DNA of 63,703 bases, filler included, from Octopus bimaculoides (GCF_001194135.2; 7 parts of 6 records of this genome joined end to end with filler, not necessarily neighbours in it), one strand, 5' to 3'. Positions 1 to 12,574 are shown, counted from the whole stretch's first letter. A program made the numbers and translations. The notes: generated from the sequence alone by a model not told the origin.

Positions 1-460
1 TCCCTGTTTCACTTTTCTCTCTCGCGTTGCTCACACGTGACCATCGTCCATCTTTCTTTTCCTCACGAAACCATCTTTCTTTTCCTGCACGGACGTTCAA
101 AAGAACAGACGTGTTTTTCACTCTCTTTTCTATGTTTTCTCTTTTCAAAAAAAATGTTTCTGCCAGCGTTCACTATTTTCCTCTCGTTCTAATCTAACGA
201 AACCCCATGTTTGTTTTCGTTCGGTTATCTTGTATATCTCCACTGTCATGTTTTTGTTCCCAACTTTGATCTTCCATAAATCCTAAGTTTTATTTTAGAA
301 TTTATGGGAGCAACTTTCTTTAAAGACTCATATTGTCGTTGAATGCTCGAAATGAGGAGTACATAGACAGTCGTCAACTGATGAAGGGTCCTTTCTCGGT
401 ATTTACTTGCCCTGTTTTCCACGGTAGGTACGGTACATTTGTTGCTTTTACTTGCTATAT

Positions 461-1440
461 TCAAAATTTAGTGAGACCGCCGCCCTTGCTTTTAATGACT
501 GCATTAAGTCTTCTGAGCATAGAGTCGACTAAATTTCCGCATATAACTGATGAAATCAATCTCCATTCATCCTGAATGATGTATTTCAACTGTTACATTG
601 CGGGGTTTTTTTATCCTCAACCTTCCTTTTCAAAACACCCTACAGATGTTCTGTTGGGTTTAAATACCTTTGCCTTTTTATCCGATAAAAACTTAGTCGT
701 CATCTTTGAAGTGTGTTTAGGGTTATTATCATGTTGGAACATGAAATGTCTTCCTATTTCCTTAATGTTTTTCAACATTGTTTTCAGCAATATGTCACAA
801 TAAAGCACTGAATCCATTGTTCTCTCAATAAACGTGAGTCCTCCCACACCAGCCGCACTCGAACATCCCCAAAGTATAACACTTCTGCCACCGTGTTTCA
901 CGGTAGGTACGGTACATTTGTCGCTATTATCTTCACCTGGTCGTCGCCATATTCGTTTAATACCATCTAACTCAAACAAGTCGGTTTTAGTCACATCAGA
1001 AAAAAAAAGAATTTTATTCCAAAATTCTTCCTCTTACTCACAGAAGTTTCGGGGAAAGAAAGACGACTTGATTTATGCCTGGTAGTGAGGACAGGCGTCC
1101 TACGCATAATGCATCCATGAAGACCACACTGTTTCAAACTTCGACGAACTGTTTGGGCGGAAGACGCTTCTTGGGCCAAAATGAAGCAGTACGACGCCTG
1201 TCGTCCATCACGAAAACGTTGGATGTGGCGAATGTCACGTGCAGTTAAAACAGAAGGACAACCTGGACGATGTTTATTGCTTAGCCCTCCAGTAACTTTG
1301 TACTTCTGAATTACTTTGGCAACTGTGTTTGCGTTAACATGTATTCGTTTGCTAACTAACTTGTATTCTAAACCATTCTTGTGCAAATTAAAAATAATTT
1401 TCTTCAAATATTGAGACAATTCTTTTCCTTTTGGTGCCAT
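461..1440 (-). mobile_element. Tc1-family transposase, inactivated
   Basis: N-terminal HTH (MAPKGKELS...HRPGCPSVLTARDIR) from ATG at 1438-1440; DDE region (TVKHGGRSVILWGC, FMFQHDNNPKH); C-terminus NPTEHL*GVLKRKVE...DSMLRRLNAVIKSKGGGLTKF* ending at 461. Frameshifts, an in-frame stop and loss of the WPSQSPDL segment. TIRs not confidently located. Confidence 0.9.
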
Positions 1441-2039
1441 TTTAATCACAACGAAGATCTTCACCACGGTACAAAAACCAGAATTCATGCAGATACAATA
1501 ACAATGACCAGTGCAAAACTGCCAGGAGAAATAATTTATTAGAATTGGAATTTTCAGCAGAATCTGAATTTAGTAAAAAAAAAAAAGTGGATAAAATATT
1601 GAATATAGTAAATTTCCTTTAGGGTGTACATGATTTTGTAACGTTTCAAAGTAAATATTTAGTTCATATCCTTGAAAATGTTTATTGCTTTGGATTCCAA
1701 ATTTGTATAATGTTTGCATGTGTAAAATATTTTCTTCAGTATCAATTTTGTTTGATTTACTGCGATATTATCAGAGTAATGGCAAATTTTCTGAAATTTC
1801 TAGGGGTGTATATACTTCGATTAGCGAGATTAGAGATTGTGTGTCACTTAAAGAATATATATTTTCAAGCCGAAGTCCTTCTTGAGCGACATATTATCCC
1901 ATTCGAATCAATTCAGAATTACAGATAGTATTTATGGAACTTTGATTTCTTGTCAGGTGACTTTTGGCCAACATTGTATATTCGTCAGTGTGTATAATCC
2001 TGAAATTTGAAGAGTTGAGAGACATTGATACTTAATTTA

Positions 2040-2157
2040 TGAACGATGAAAGGCAAAGTCGACCCCAGCAGAATTTGAACACAACGTCAAGATGGACGAA
2101 ACATCGCTAAGCATTTAACCCAGCGTCTTAACGATCCCGCTAGCTCACCGCCTTCTC
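2040..2157 (-). mobile_element. tRNA-derived SINE fragment, dominant (ATT)n-tailed family ('family B')
   Basis: GATGAAAGGCAAAGTCGAC...GAATTTGAAC...GCTAACGAT...GCTCACCGCC pattern, recurring at 43550-43760, 43790-43967, 44454-44665 and 52650-52780. Confidence 0.75.
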
Positions 2158-2186
2158 TAACAACATGTATAATAAACATATATAAC

Positions 2187-2222
<36 letters not shown>

Positions 2223-2424
2223 ATGTGTGTGTGTGTGTGTATAGATACACATACTGACAAATAAGGAAGTTTGCATTATGGAAGTTTCATATACCATCTC
2301 CAAAATTTGATCAGGATTTAATTGGATAGCAGCGTGTAAGTCACTTGTACAAATAAAGTTGACAATTGACAATAAGTTAGTTCAGTGAGTTGGGGGAAAT
2401 AAAGGAAGAAAAGAGAGGTTAGAA

Positions 2425-2458
<34 letters not shown>

Positions 2459-2613
2459 ATATACTTGCAAGTTGTGTGCTTATCAATAGTGTGTCTACGG
2501 TATCGTGTGTATGNNNNNNNNNNNNNNNNNNNNNNNNNNNNNNNNNNNNNNNNNNNNNNNNNNNNNNNNNNNNNNNNNNNNNNNNNNNNNNNNNNNNNNN
2601 NNNNNNNNNNNNN

Positions 2614-2780
2614 CCGCCGAGGTCGATTTTGCCTTTCATCCTTTCGGGGTCGATAAATTGAGTGTCAGTGAAACACGTGGATTGATGTAATCGACTCATA
2701 CCCTTCCCCAAAAATTGCTGCCCTTGTAGCAAATTTCAGGCCTTGTTCCTATAGTAGAAAGGATTATTATTGTTATTAGT
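2614..2780 (+). mobile_element. SINE family B, 3' part with (ATT)n tail
   Basis: CCGCCGAGGTCGATTTTGCCTTTCATCCTTTCGGGGTCGATAAA...TTTCAGGCCTTGT...AGAAAGGATTATTATT. Confidence 0.8.
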
Positions 2781-3399
2781 GGTGGTGGGGCTTGTGGTGG
2801 TGCTAGTGGTGGTGGTGTTATTGTTATTCTTTTTATTATATTGATATCAGTATTAGATCCATATTGCTAGTGCAGTTAATTATTACATTAATAAGGCTGA
2901 TTTCTGTTAGCGGATTTCATGCTTTTACACGATGTAAATCCGCCATTTTTCTTCTTTTGTTTCTTGTTTTTCCCCGTTTTGTCGTCATTTTACTCTACAG
3001 TACCAAATGCCTTGAGCTCTTGCCGTCGTGCATTGCCATAAATTGATTCTGATCGGACCGATGCGTCTGCTTCTCCGCTTTTTATAGAAGGGAAGCAATT
3101 TAGTCTAGAATTATATTTTTGATTTTACCTATTTTTTGTTCTGGTTATTGAGCCATTGGATCAGTTCTGGGGTAAGTAAGTATATCCCTACGTTGTGTAT
3201 ATTTGAGTCGAATTGCACAAGGGCATAATAATTTCAATTAAAAAAAAAATTCATATTCTTTTCCACGACAGTAGGTATTAATCACAAAGACTCAGAGAGG
3301 GTTCTCGTCTTATACAAGCGTTTATCACTATAATTCAGTGGCGTACAGTTGTTTCTTTATGGTGACATTATTCGTCAGTCTCTCTATTGGAAATCCTAT

Positions 3400-3620
3400 G
3401 GCAATGGAAACGTGGCGACGTGAGCAGACATAGCCAGGTGGAAGCACACAGTAGATCATGACTTTCGCCTGTTACCTATACTCCAAACCAAGCAGATCTG
3501 CAACGAGACTGAATAGTTATCTGAGAGGTCATGAACAGAAAGTTAGAAATACTAACAACGATGAATCTCAAGGAGACAGCAATCATCTGTGAAGATGGAG
3601 CAGTCGCCGAAATATAGTAC
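3400..3620 (+). mobile_element. Possible Penelope-like GIY-YIG C-terminal remnant
   Basis: Broken frame reading ...HTVDHDFRLLPILQT..., followed by a hammerhead-like TGAAGATGG...CCGAAATATAGTA motif. Highly degenerate. Confidence 0.3.
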
Positions 3621-4188
3621 GGTCTGGTCGTCCCGTCTCTGGAAGATGGTACGGATTCGCTCCCTTACTTACAATATATATATATATATATATANNNNNN
3701 NNNNNNNNNNNNNNNNNNNNNNNNNNNNNNNNNNNNNNNNNNNNNNNNNNNNNNNNNNNNNNNNNNNNNNNNNNNNNNNNNNNNNNNNNNNNNNNNNNNN
3801 NNNNNNNNNNNNNNNNNNNNNNNNNNNNNNNNNNNNNNNNNNNNNNNNNNNNNNNNNNNNNNNNNNNNNNNNNNNNNNNNNNNNNNNNNNNNNNNNNNNN
3901 NNNNNNNNNNNNNNNNNNNNNNNNNNNNNNNNNNNNNNNNNNNNNNNNNNNNNNNNNNNNNNNNNNNNNNNNNNNNNNNNNNNNNNNNNNNNNNNNNNNN
4001 NNNNNNNNNNAATTTATTCGACTTTATGTCGGTCTCAGCAAACTTATTTAAAACTAATAAAATATTGTATAAAAAAAGTATTTATTAAAACAAATATAAG
4101 CTAATAAATGTTCAAAAATGACTTTTCGGGTTACGGCGCATGTGTTAGAACCAATTACCGACGTAAGCTGAGGTATGCCTGTATATGT

Positions 4189-4231
<43 letters not shown>

Positions 4232-5095
4232 AGAGAGAGAGACAGAAAGAAAGAAAGAAAGAATGAAAGAAAGAAAGAAAGAAAGAAAGATAGAAAGAAA
4301 GAAAGAAAGAGGAAGAGGGGGAATGATGTACATATACGGGTACATATTTAAACAGACGAACAGAGAAATTCATTTACTCGTACGTAGATAAAAATGGTTG
4401 CTATGTCCCAATAGATTGTATAACGTCCTTGCGTCGCCGCAATGTTAGTGTTTATATAACTACACATGAACATCCCCCAGATCTCTTTGTAATCCCTATT
4501 TCTGACGCTTTACTGTATGTATGGGACCTTGGTGACAAAATAAAAGAGAAGACTATTGTTATTATTTTAGTCATTTTATTTTAAATTTGTTTTCTTGTTT
4601 TCTTTCTTTTTTTTTATCACAGACTATATTACTAGTCGGTGTCATTTATACGCTCTGCTCCCTCGTAAATTTAGTACGGAAACGCTTTGATATATAATAC
4701 AGTACATATATATATATGTATATGGTGGAGTGAAAGGTCGGGGAGGACGGAATTCAATTGAAAAAGAGAAAACAACACTGTAGTTGTGTTTATAAGAGAA
4801 AGAAAATGATTCTGTTACGAGGAAACAATAGTTGCTGTAAGGTATGGTTACATGCAGGTAAAACAAACGACAGGATTCTAAGGGAAAGGGTAACAGAAAA
4901 GAAAACACAGGTGACTATTGTTGTTATTCCTGTTGTTATTTACGGTTGTTGTTTTTGTTTTTTACCGCCAGTTGAACAACGATCGAACTGCGCCTAGGGA
5001 GGTGTAGGTGTGTATGTAAGTTGCGAGTGTTTGTGAATGTGTGTGGATATATGTATATATATGTATATATACACACCTCTCTCTCTCTCTCTCCC

Positions 5096-5129
<34 letters not shown>

Positions 5130-6190
5130 GGGNNNNNNNNNNNNNNNNNNNNNNNNNNNNNNNNNNNNNNNNNNNNNNNNNNNNNNNNNNNNNNNNNNNN
5201 NNNNNNNNNNNNNNNNNNNNNNNNNNNNNNNNNNNNNNNNNNNNNNNNNNNNNNNNNNNNNNNNNNNNNNNNNNNNNNNNNNNNNNNNNNNNNNNNNNNN
5301 NNNNNNNNNNNNNNNNNNNNNNNNNNNNNNNNNNNNNNNNNNNNNNNNNNNNNNNNNNNNNNNNNNNNNNNNNNNNNNNNNNNNNNNNNNNNNNNNNNNN
5401 NNNNNNNNNNNNNNNNNNTATATATATATATACATATATTCACACACATTCATATATATATATATATATAGCTTTGACTCTAACCTCTACAGCTCTGTCA
5501 ATTTAGGGGTATGTATAACTACGCCTTACATAATGTACCCTTCCTTTATTTTAGACCAAGTATGACTGACCTTTTTCGAGGAGTAGTCTGCACGAGTCAT
5601 GGCCCACCATCAGGCGTACCAGACTACTAAAAAAATTCAAAGTAATTTCTCCTGAAGTATGCAATTTTAAAAAGTGTCTTGGCCTATAGCTGTTTTAGAC
5701 CTTAGGGTTCACTTAGAGTAAGATTAGGCTGTTATTTTCAGCTGTTTGGGCACCAGTGCATGTAACCATACAAATTAGTATAAACCAGAGTCGTTGGATC
5801 GATTGTATTTGCCTACAGCATATGACCCTGCCCTCTTGAGTTCAAACCACTCACACGCTAAACTTTGGTTTTTCTCCCTGACAGTATCGATAAAGAACCA
5901 GTCTTGTACTGTGGTCGATCCTTCTCTTTCCATATTTCTTCCTGTCTGTCTCTTTCTCTCATTTTAGTAAGAAAAAAAGTCGGCTGTGGTCAGATCTGAA
6001 GAGTGATAGGCTCTGCCTGTTTGAAAAATAAATATCCGAGACGTGCCGAATGTTATGGCCTCGCAACTGCGACTCCATGAAGGTGTTATGGGCCCATATT
6101 ATTGCACACTGGCAGATACACACACATATATGTGAATGTGTTTGTGCGCATACACACACACACACACACATGCTCGCGCGTGCGCACACA

Positions 6191-6233
<43 letters not shown>

Positions 6234-6290
6234 ATGTATATGTTGGCTGTTGGCGATTTCTCATTCTTTGGACTTTTCCCGTTCTCCTTA

Positions 6291-6318
6291 CCGATAAAGA
6301 GCTAATGCTCTAAACGTT
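6291..6318 (+). ncRNA. Degenerate hammerhead-like motif
   Basis: CCGATAA-A-GAGC-TAAT-GCTC-TAAACGTT: stem II intact, three core substitutions relative to CTGATGA...GAAAC. Confidence 0.35.
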
Positions 6319-6472
6319 AAACTCTCTCCTTTCATCGAACGTCAAGTTAATACACTTCTTGTGAACGTCCTCGCATTCGTTGTTTTCCTTTTTCGTTTTT
6401 TATTCGTTTATATGAATTGTTTGTTTATTTGAATTGACTATAAAATATACGCGCACACATACACGCACATTC

Positions 6473-6960
6473 ACACTGGAGTTCAACAAAAATAGCACCA
6501 CATTTTTTTTAAACTATTTTTCCTATTGGCAATATAATTCAAATCTATTCTAGACAGTATATGTGTGATTTATGTATGCTAGTATTTTGTGTTGTAGCAT
6601 TCAGTTTTTCTTTGCATTTTTCTTTTTTGAGATATTTATATTTAATTAAGTTAATATGTGTGACCTATCTAATTTCTGCAGAGTACAAATTGATGGAGCT
6701 CAGATATCTAGAACGTCAATCATTAAAACTGCTGAAGTGCTTAATGTTTGGAAAGGTACAGTTTTTAAAATCAAGTTAGCATTTCAAGACGAAGGAAAAC
6801 CTAATTCTGGCAAGTATAATTCTGAAAGAAAGGCAAAGCACATAGAGATCTACTGTAAAAGAGTGAATGGTATTTTATCGAAAACATATCAAACTGTGGA
6901 AGAAAACTGACAGCAGAGCTCAACCACCATCTCGCCGACCCTTTGTTATCCAGAAATGTT
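6473..6960 (+). mobile_element. Tc1 remnant (5' end and HTH)
   Basis: ORF 6656-6910 MCDLSNFCRVQIDGAQISRTSIIKTAEVLNVWKGTVFKI...EGKPNSGKYNSERK resembles a Tc1 N-terminus; same type as 58842 (MTDLSDFE...GKTSS). Confidence 0.7.
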
Positions 6961-8204
6961 TATTGTGAGCTCTAATAGGCTAAAATCATCCCGCTTTCGA
7001 TCAATATTGATTAGCGGAAAAATTTATGCGTAAACTATCAGAATTAGTCAATGGCTAAATGGAAGTAATGTCATCTCTGATGAGGCGATCATATACCCTT
7101 TTCCTTCCTTCGGGTGCGAGTTTATGTTTGGAGACAACCCCACAAAAATCCTTCAACTCTGGCTGCTTGGTCTCTATCGTGAGGCATGCAGCAGGCGCTG
7201 TGATTATTTGAACAGCCGTATCACGGAATTCTCTAACCCGTTTAGTTACCCTACTTGGTANNNNNNNNNNNNNNNNNNNNNNNNNNNNNNNNNNNNNNNN
7301 NNNNNNNNNNNNNNNNNNNNNNNNNNNNNNNNNNNNNNNNNNNNNNNNNNNNNNNNNNNNNNNNNNNNNNNNNNNNNNNNNNNNNNNNNNNNNNNNNNNN
7401 NNNNNNNNNNNNNNNNNNNNNNNNNNNNNNNNNNNNNNNNNNNNNNNNNNNNNNNNNNNNNNNNNNNNNNNNNNNNNNNNNNNNNNNNNNNNNNNNNNNN
7501 NNNNNNNNNNNNNNNNNNNNNNNNNNNNNNNNNNNNNNNNNNNNNNNNNNNNNNNNNNNNNNNNNNNNNNNNNNNNNNNNNNNNNNNNNNNNNNNNNNNN
7601 NNNNNNNNNNNNNNNNNNNNNNNNNNNNNNNNNNNNNNNNNNNNNNNNNNNNNNNNNNNNNNNNNNNNNNNNNNNNNNNNNNNNNNNNNNNNNNNNNNNN
7701 NNNNNNNNNNNNNNNNNNNNNNNNNNNNNNNNNNNNNNNNNNNNNNNNNNNNNNNNNNNNNNNNNNNNNNNNNNNNNNNNNNNNNNNNNNNNNNNNNNNN
7801 NNNNNNNNNNNNNNNNNNNNNNNNNNNNNNNNNNNNNNNNNNNNNNNNNNNNNNNNNNNNNNNNNNNNNNNNNNNNNNNNNNNNNNNNNNNNNNNNNNNN
7901 NNNNNNNNNNNNNNNNNNNNNNNNNNNNNNNNNNNNNNNNNNNNNNNNNNNNNNNNNNNNNNNNNNNNNNNNNNNNNNNNNNNNNNNNNNNNNNNNNNNN
8001 NNNNNNNNNNNNNNNNNNNNNNNNNNNNNNNNNNNNNNNNNNNNNNNNNNNNNNNNNNNNNNNNNNNNNNNNNNNNNNNNNNNNNNNNNNNNNNNNNNNN
8101 NNNNNNNNNNNNNNNNNNNNNNNNNNNNNNNNNNNNNNNNNNNNNNNNNNNNNNNNNNNNNNNNNNNNNNNNNNNNNNNNNNNNNNNNNNNNNNNNTATA
8201 TAAT

Positions 8205-8445
8205 CAAAAATACATCTGCATGTGATTTGGAATGCAAACAAGAAGTCTTAGGTGATAATAGAAAATTTCATTCGGTCGTTTGCGGCAAATTTCCCCCGGC
8301 GATGAAAATATTTTGCGAAGAACCTAACCTTCGACCAAAGGCATTGGTGATTGATAACGCTCCAGGCCATTCCTAGGAATATAATATTATTCAGAGCTGT
8401 ATTCCTATCAAGTAATTTACCTACCAACAAACAGTACTTTTAAGG
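8205..8445 (+). mobile_element. pogo/Tigger DDE_1 transposase remnant
   Basis: LHVIWNANKK... then FPPAMKIFCEEPNLRPKALVIDNAPGH; DNAPGH is the diagnostic motif. Confidence 0.75.
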
Positions 8446-8451
8446 CTGTTT

Positions 8452-8650
8452 GAGCTGGCAGAATCATCAGCACGTCAGGCTTAGCGAAATTTCTTCCGAC
8501 TCTTTACGTTCTGAGTTCAAATCTTGCCCTGGATATCTTTGCTTTTTTATCGACCCCCTTTCGGGTTCGATTATATGAAGTACCAGTCAAGCACTGGGGC
8601 CTTTGTAACTGACTAGTCCACTCCTCTCAGAATTATTGGCCTTGTGCCTT
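8452..8650 (+). mobile_element. SINE family B, near full length, diverged
   Basis: GAGCTGGCAGAATCATCAGCACG...TTTACGTTCTGAGTTCAAAT...TTCGGGTTCGAT...GGCCTTGTGCC. Confidence 0.75.
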
Positions 8651-10027
8651 CCACGGGACCGGCATCCTGTGCAGGGTAACTGCTGTGGTTTTAGTCACTT
8701 ATACGTCACCGAACCGAGTAGCCGGCCTTATGAGTCTCACAGGTCAGAAAAATAATGAAAATTAGTACTTCTATGGACCATGGTGCAATTTCTAATGTCA
8801 AAGCCTACACGCTAGTTTCGTCACGCTTTCAAACAACTTGTTGAACAGACGGGTTAACCCATTAACTGCCAAATTTTTTTATTCGTAGTTTTTTGGTTTT
8901 GCCAGGTGTCTTATGAGTTAAAATAATATATAATACTTAAATTTTCTTCATATGTGAATTATTTTAGAAATTATTTTTTTTATTTATTTATTTATGTGTT
9001 TCAGCCAAGTGGCTGCGGTCATGCTGGTGCACCACCGTAATAAAATTATGATAAATTATGATAAATTTTTCGAAAACTCTCAAATGAGGATCGCTGAAAA
9101 AATGCATATTTATCTTTTTCTATTCAATTGCATGTTAAACATTTTAATTTGTTTGAAACTATAGTATCAAATACGAATGTGTATGAAATATCAATGAATG
9201 ATATAAATGGAAAATGCAAAAAATAAAATAAAATAATATAAAATAAAAGCTTTCAAAACAGTCAATATTTTTGTAGCTCAAAAATTGCGATTTATGACAA
9301 AATGTCCTCTATAATTAGCCAGAGCTAATAATGACAAACTTTAACTATTAGATATTGTTAAACACACCTCTGTAAATGCAACGTACATAACCAATTTAAA
9401 TACAACGAACCGGCAGTGAGACTGTTTTTAGCAGATCCCCAAATGGGGCCCATGGCAGGCATTGGCTTTTAAGGTGGATTTCAAGGAAATGTAACATATC
9501 AGAAGGTCAGAAGCATTTTGGGAAGAGGGAACCAAAAACCCCTTGGGAGCGTTACTGCCAACGTTGAGAGCCTCTGTGCATAAGATCTCCTGCTACCGCG
9601 TTGATGCTAACGTTATTTTTCAGTAAGTAAGCAATATGAGAAGAAATACCGCAGTCTGAACCCTCAACCCAGATCTAACCTCTTCTAACCTATTTTTCTG
9701 GCTGCTTTTCAACGTAATTAATTGAAAATAAAGCTGTTGTACACTTAATTTAATTTGATTAATTTAAGCTGTTTAATGATTATATAATAACATTAACTCA
9801 CTCTAAATTAAGCTTGTTTTCTAATTTCAAAATAACTTTAGATTACAATACATAATATCATTATTGTTCGAGATTATTTGAAGTATTTGGAGAGTGTAAT
9901 AGCAATTTTCTAGAGTTGCTAGTCGGTTGACTATGTCTATCAATATAACGTTTGCCTTACAGTGTAAAATAACAACTCAAGTTGGTATGGCTATTCATGT
10001 TGCTACAATGCCCAAGTGTTGCGTATG

Positions 10028-10824
10028 TACATGGTCTGATCAATAGGTATCCAGACTGTTACCATAGTAACGAAATTAAAGCACGCAGAGAGAAGCCACT
10101 TGACATAGACACTACTGTGCATGAGCACTAGGTTTAAACGTTCTAGGCCACTTCTGCTGTTTACAGCAGTTCTTGGAAGGAACATGTGTAGCGTTTGATC
10201 GTCGCATTGACCACGACAGAGAAATTTAGCAGAGAATCTCCATCAAATTTTGCCAAAAGCTTGACGATACCTGCTCAGAAGCCTACGCAAAGTTTTCAAT
10301 GAGTTTTCATCGTTCTCGGCACAATGAAGGAGATCTTGTGCAACTGAAACCCGAGTGTCGTTTTGGTCAGCTGAAAGCAATTTTGGCACAAACTTAGCAG
10401 ACACGCGTCTCATACCTAAACCTTCAGTGATAATGGACTGAACTGAACCATAACTAATCTCCACATCCTCTGATAACTCAAGGATGGTTGTTCGACGATT
10501 TCTCCTAACAGCTGCACGCACATCTGCTTGTATCCCAGAACGTTCGTCACTATCGACATTTTCTCGGCCATCTTGGAAACGTCTGAATCACTCGTACACT
10601 TCTGCACGGCTCATACACCTTCTGCAACTTTGCATGGGCTTCTGAGTAGGTATCGCCATGACAACTTTCTCTTTCCAAGCACTGCTGTAAACAGCGAAAG
10701 TGAGCTAGAACGTTAAAACTTAGTGCGCGTGCTCAACTGAGCCGAAGGTCAATCAGTGCCAAGCGACTTTACTCTGCGTGCTTTAGCGTCGTTACTATGG
10801 TGACAATCAGGATACTTATATGTA
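10028..10824. mobile_element. Non-autonomous mariner derivative with long inverted ends
   Basis: Minus-strand mariner N-terminus (RRNRRTTILELSEDVEISYGSVQSIITEGLGMRRVSAKFVPKLL); about 10040-10290 is an inverted copy of about 10630-10820; TA at both ends. Confidence 0.8.
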
Positions 10825-11673
10825 TGTAAAGTGATTGGGAAGCTGACGCTCTGGATCGGAACAAGTGGAGAGTTGCTGCAAGGACTGGTTGCAATGCTTG
10901 GGAGGAAAAGATGATTCAGTGCTCTGAGCTTAAAAGGGTTAGTCAAAAAGGAACAGTTGGAACTGAAATCAACAGTGAATACTGGATATCTAGTGTGTAT
11001 ACTCGCGTTCTGTTGTCAAAAGCCGGATACTTGAATCCTATGAAAGTCGAAATGGCCAGGTAAGTAATAATCTTGAAACCCAAAGGCCTCTTACAAGTTG
11101 TGTCATATGTCAAAAAACTTGTAAGACAATATCTAGACTTAAAAGACGCATGCTAATTCGCAAAAAGCATTCCTTAAGAATCAGATTCCAAAGGGTAAAA
11201 ATGGAGAAGAAACTTGAATAATATATGTGACTTGTGTTTAAAACCCTGTCAGTCAGCAGCTGGTCTTAAAACTCGTTTGAGGGCTCATCAACGGAGGGAT
11301 TGCGCTGTGTGATGGGGTGTGGTGTGTGTGTTGATGGGACGGCTATCATCTGTCAAGATGAAGCAATCATGTATGTATGCATGTATGTATGTATGCATAT
11401 AGATCTCTGTGTGTGGATGTATATATGCACATATATACATACCCGCCAACATACGTATGTATATATACAAATACACACACACACACACTTAAATACACAT
11501 TATGGTCCCTGTTAGTGTAAGTTTTTTCATTCATGTGCGTTATCTACAACATTAGAGAGGTTTAGCTCTTATATCTAGCAATGTAAGTGTTCCCTAACAC
11601 CCTTATCACAGTTAGGGACAGTTATAATTCTCCTTCTTGATGAAACATTGCAAACTGCTGTTTATATTAATTT

Positions 11674-11709
<36 letters not shown>

Positions 11710-11992
11710 TAGATATNNNNNNNNNNGGTGTGTGTGTTGATGGGACGGCTATCATCTGTCAAGATGAAGCAATCATGTATGTATGCATGTATGTATGTAT
11801 GCATATAGATCTCTGTGTGTGGATGTATATATGCACATATATACATACCCGCCAACATACGTATGTATATATACAAATACACACACACACACACTTAAAT
11901 ACACATTATGGTCCCTGTTAGTGTAAGTTTTTTCATTCATGTGCGTTANNNNNNNNNNNNNNNNNNNNNNNNNNNNNNNNNNNNNNNNNNNN

Positions 11993-12004
11993 TTAATTAA
12001 TTAA
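11993..12004. other. Artificial contig linker TTAATTAATTAA
   Basis: Flanked by exactly 44 N on each side; encodes stops in all six frames. Confidence 0.95.
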
Positions 12005-12048
12005 NNNNNNNNNNNNNNNNNNNNNNNNNNNNNNNNNNNNNNNNNNNN

Positions 12049-12355
12049 GCTGAGCACTCCACAGACACGTGTACCCTTAACGTAGTTCTCGGGGAGATTC
12101 AGCGTGACACAGTGTGACACAGTGTGACAAGGCTGGCCCTTTGAATTACAGGCTCAACAGAAACAGGAAGTAAGAGTGAGAGAAAGTTGTGGTGAAAGAG
12201 TACAACAGGGTTTTCCACCACTCCCTGCCGGAGCCTCGTGGAGCTTTAGGTGTTTTCGCTCAATAAACACTCACAACGCCTGGTCTGGGAATCGAAACCG
12301 CGATCCTATGACCGCGAGTCCGCTGCCCTAACCACTGGGCCATTGCGCCTCCACA
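12049..12355 (-). mobile_element. tRNA-derived SINE ('family D', head GGAGGCGCAATGGCCCAGTGGTTAGGGCAGCGGACTCGCGG)
   Basis: A box and B box (GTTTCGATTCC) on the minus strand; related pieces at 38925-39126 and 59160-59325. Confidence 0.8.
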
Positions 12356-12359
12356 CACG

Positions 12360-12560
12360 CATGAATGGGGACAGCTGCATAAAGAAGTGCCGATCACTCA
12401 AGGTGGATGGTACCCACAGTAGAGGGAGACCCAAGAAGACACTGGATGAAGTGGTAATGACCGATCTCAGGAATTTGGGCCACACGGAGGAAATGACAAT
12501 GGACCAAGATGTCTGGTGATATGAAGTTCTTGAGAAGACCTGCCCAAGTCAGTGAAACTG
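12360..12560 (+). mobile_element. RTE LINE 3' ORF fragment
   Basis: CIKKCRSLKVDGTHSRGRPKKTLDEVVMTDLRNLG...DQDVW; RGRPKKTW-type RTE C-terminus. Confidence 0.8.
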
Positions 12561-12574
12561 AGTTCTACAAGTGC

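Noticed and set aside
5959-6313. HT-, CV- and YI-rich ORFs here and throughout
   Set aside because: Translations of (CA)n, (TG)n and (TA)n microsatellites.
7124-8376. Long ORFs in the track here and at 12874-13887, 22025-23288, 25833-26621 and 32995-34120
   Set aside because: They consist mostly of X from N gaps and are not evidence of coding sequence.
11300-11948. Exact ~220-bp direct repeat; similar cases at 24376-24465, 39600-39715 and 43310-43395
   Set aside because: Each pair straddles a 10-N gap and is essentially identical: unmerged contig overlaps.
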